IMG/VR virus record: IMGVR_UViG_3300045988_000736
Coordinates: 1-5,714 of that record
Source of the DNA: a virus
DNA: 5,714 bases
Reading direction: 5' to 3' (one strand)
Shown one piece after another: positions 4,014 to 5,714 of the stretch (the stretch's first letter is position 1; each line of letters starts with the position of its first letter). Both the position numbers and the translations under genes were made by a program. Below the pieces are notes generated by a model. The model was not told where the DNA came from, searched no databases, and worked only from the letters and a program-made list of their open reading frames with translations.

Positions 4014-5666
4014 ATGGAAAGACCGCGGTCAAAATTTGATCGCGGTCATCAGCTCCTGACGACCATCAACGAGGGCGAACTGGTACCAATCTATATGGAT
4101 GAAGTACTACCGGGTGACACGGCACGGGTACAGCTTAACGGGCTTATCAGAATGAGCACTCCTATCTATCCTATCATGGATAACTGTTACATGGACACAT
4201 ATTTCTTCTTTGTGCCTGCAAGACTTTTGTGGGAACACTTTGAAAATATGTTCGGTGAAAACGACACCAACTATTGGGCAGAAGATACGGAGTATTCCAC
4301 TCCAAAATGCACCATCGGCGGCACAAGCGGCCTTGCAAATGGTTCCATCGGTGACTATTTCGGACTGCCGACACAGGTAAATAACGCGCTGGAAGTAAAC
4401 GCATTGCCTGCACGAGCATACTGCAAAATCTACAACGAGTGGTTCCGAGATGAAAATCTTGAAGCGCCGCTTATGTTGGGATACAAAAAGACGGATGACG
4501 GCGGCACAAATGCAGACGCAAGCAAAGTAACCGAAAATGCAAACGCACTCGAACAGACGACCAACACCAACGAAGCAATGTTGTATGCAATGAAACCGGC
4601 AAGGGCGGGCAAGTTCCACGATTATTTTACATCTTGTCTTCCTTCACCGTTGAAAAATGCAGAACCGGTAACGCTGCCAATGACAGGAGCAGCAGGAGTA
4701 TATGCATACTCAGACAGAGAGCTAAAAAATAAAACAGAAGCAACCATAAACAGCTTTACAAACCAAACGGACTTCGCAGGAACAACGAATCAAAGGCTTT
4801 ACGACACAATCCTGTGGGCAAATGAGCCAGAACAATTATACGTAGGAAACGGAACAGCAAAAGAACAAATGTGGTTGGGCGCAGACCTGAGCAAAGTAAC
4901 CTCAACAACGATCAACGACTTGCGACAGGCCATAGCGCTGCAGCACATCTTCGAGAGCGATGCCAGAAACGGCACGAGGTACAGAGAATTCCTTTCCGGG
5001 ACGTGGGGCGTAACAAGTCCGGACAGCCGTCTGCAAATTCCTGAATACATCGGCGGGCAACGCATTGCAATCAATGTGAATCAGGTGGTGCAGACCAGCC
5101 AGACGGACACGACGACCGGACAGGCACTGGGCAACACGGCGGCATACAGCCTAACGACTTGTTCAAAGCAGATGGCAGACTATGCAGCTACGGAGTACGG
5201 CTATATCATCGGGCTGGCGGTGGTACGAGTAGAACACAGTTACCAACAGGGTCTTGGAACCAAATGGACGCGCGGCGGTCGATTCACGTACTACGACCCG
5301 AGATTAGCAGCACTAGGAGAACAGCCAGTATACAACAGAGAAATCTACGCAGACGGAAGCGAAAAAGATAGCCAGATTTTTGGCTATCAGGAGGCTTGGG
5401 CGGATTACCGATACAAGCCTTCCTACGTAACCGGAGAAATGAGGTCAAACTATCAGACGTCTTTGGATGCATGGCACTATGCAGACGACTATGACAAGCT
5501 GCCGACACTATCGGCAGAGTGGATTCAGGAAGGACGTGAAAACATCGATAGAACTATTGCGGTAACGTCCGCAGTAAGTCACCAATTCTTATGTGATTTC
5601 TGGTTCAACGAAACGTGGTACCGGGAAATGCCAATCTACAGTATCCCGGGCATCGAAAGAATTTAA
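4014..5666 (+). CDS. Major capsid protein VP1 (Microviridae F-protein family, about 550 aa)
   Basis: Conserved N-terminal region RSKFDRGHQLLTT...PIYMDEVLPGDT and DTYFFFVPARLLW, typical of gokushovirus VP1. ATG 4014 is preferred; the ORF track begins at an in-frame GTG at 4005. Stop TAA is at 5664-5666. Confidence 0.93.
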   Translation: MERPRSKFDRGHQLLTTINEGELVPIYMDEVLPGDTARVQLNGLIRMSTPIYPIMDNCYMDTYFFFVPARLLWEHFENMFGENDTNYWAEDTEYSTPKCTIGGTSGLANGSIGDYFGLPTQVNNALEVNALPARAYCKIYNEWFRDENLEAPLMLGYKKTDDGGTNADASKVTENANALEQTTNTNEAMLYAMKPARAGKFHDYFTSCLPSPLKNAEPVTLPMTGAAGVYAYSDRELKNKTEATINSFTNQTDFAGTTNQRLYDTILWANEPEQLYVGNGTAKEQMWLGADLSKVTSTTINDLRQAIALQHIFESDARNGTRYREFLSGTWGVTSPDSRLQIPEYIGGQRIAINVNQVVQTSQTDTTTGQALGNTAAYSLTTCSKQMADYAATEYGYIIGLAVVRVEHSYQQGLGTKWTRGGRFTYYDPRLAALGEQPVYNREIYADGSEKDSQIFGYQEAWADYRYKPSYVTGEMRSNYQTSLDAWHYADDYDKLPTLSAEWIQEGRENIDRTIAVTSAVSHQFLCDFWFNETWYREMPIYSIPGIERI

Positions 5667-5714
5667 AAAATGTACAAAACACACAAAAAAGAAAGCTGAA
5701 ACAACAAAAAAAAT
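5620..5714. repeat. Second copy of the 95-nt terminal repeat (identical to 1..95)
   Basis: Exact identity with window start. Confidence 0.95.

Noticed and set aside
1241-5508. All minus-strand ORFs in the track (1241-1477, 1971-2357, 2364-2675, 2587-2802, 2597-2788, 2958-3260, 3351-3569, 3572-3871, 3579-3767, 3817-4032, 4107-4619, 4174-4419, 4430-4612, 4799-5074, 5284-5508)
   Set aside because: Microviridae transcribe a single strand. These are antisense to well-supported genes. They have C/F/S/L-rich low-complexity translations expected from the complement of A-rich coding sequence, and they lack SD or promoter signals.

Overview
The window is a complete small circular ssDNA phage genome of the Microviridae type (Gokushovirinae-like), captured with a 95-nt terminal overlap. 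Positions 1-95 are identical to 5620-5714, so the unit genome is 5619 nt. All credible genes are on the + strand, which is A-rich and T-poor.

Gene order:
- Major capsid protein VP1, 4014-5666, with its tail duplicated at 1-47.
- An intrinsic-terminator-like hairpin, 131-157.
- A VP2-like pilot/minor capsid protein, 159-1049.
- An unusually long (~500 nt) non-coding region, 1050-1548. It holds an iteron-like array of about 10 copies of TTTCAACA(G/A), three consecutive GC-rich hairpins, and alternating (CG)n tracts.
- The rolling-circle replication initiator VP4, 1549-2544, with motifs FVTMTY, HYHGIFFG and YVAQYVNKK.
- A near-consensus sigma70-type promoter, TTGACT-17-TATAAT, at 2610-2638.
- An SD-led operon of small genes downstream of the promoter, running into VP1:
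  - a 38-aa arginine-rich J/ORF8-like DNA-binding peptide (2669-2785), which the ORF track missed;
  - a 35-aa amphipathic peptide with a poly-Glu tail (2820-2927);
  - a peptidase M15 (VanY/M15_3-like) cell-wall hydrolase (2929-3324);
  - an 84-aa protein (3328-3582) and a 139-aa protein (3569-3988), both hypothetical, possibly scaffold.

The most interesting points are:
- the putative lysis/entry module (M15 peptidase with translationally coupled tiny peptides under a strong promoter);
- the iteron plus hairpin non-coding region, a candidate origin or regulatory hub;
- SD-hairpin-AUG leaders in front of VP2 and Rep;
- a start-codon-sequestering hairpin at VP1.
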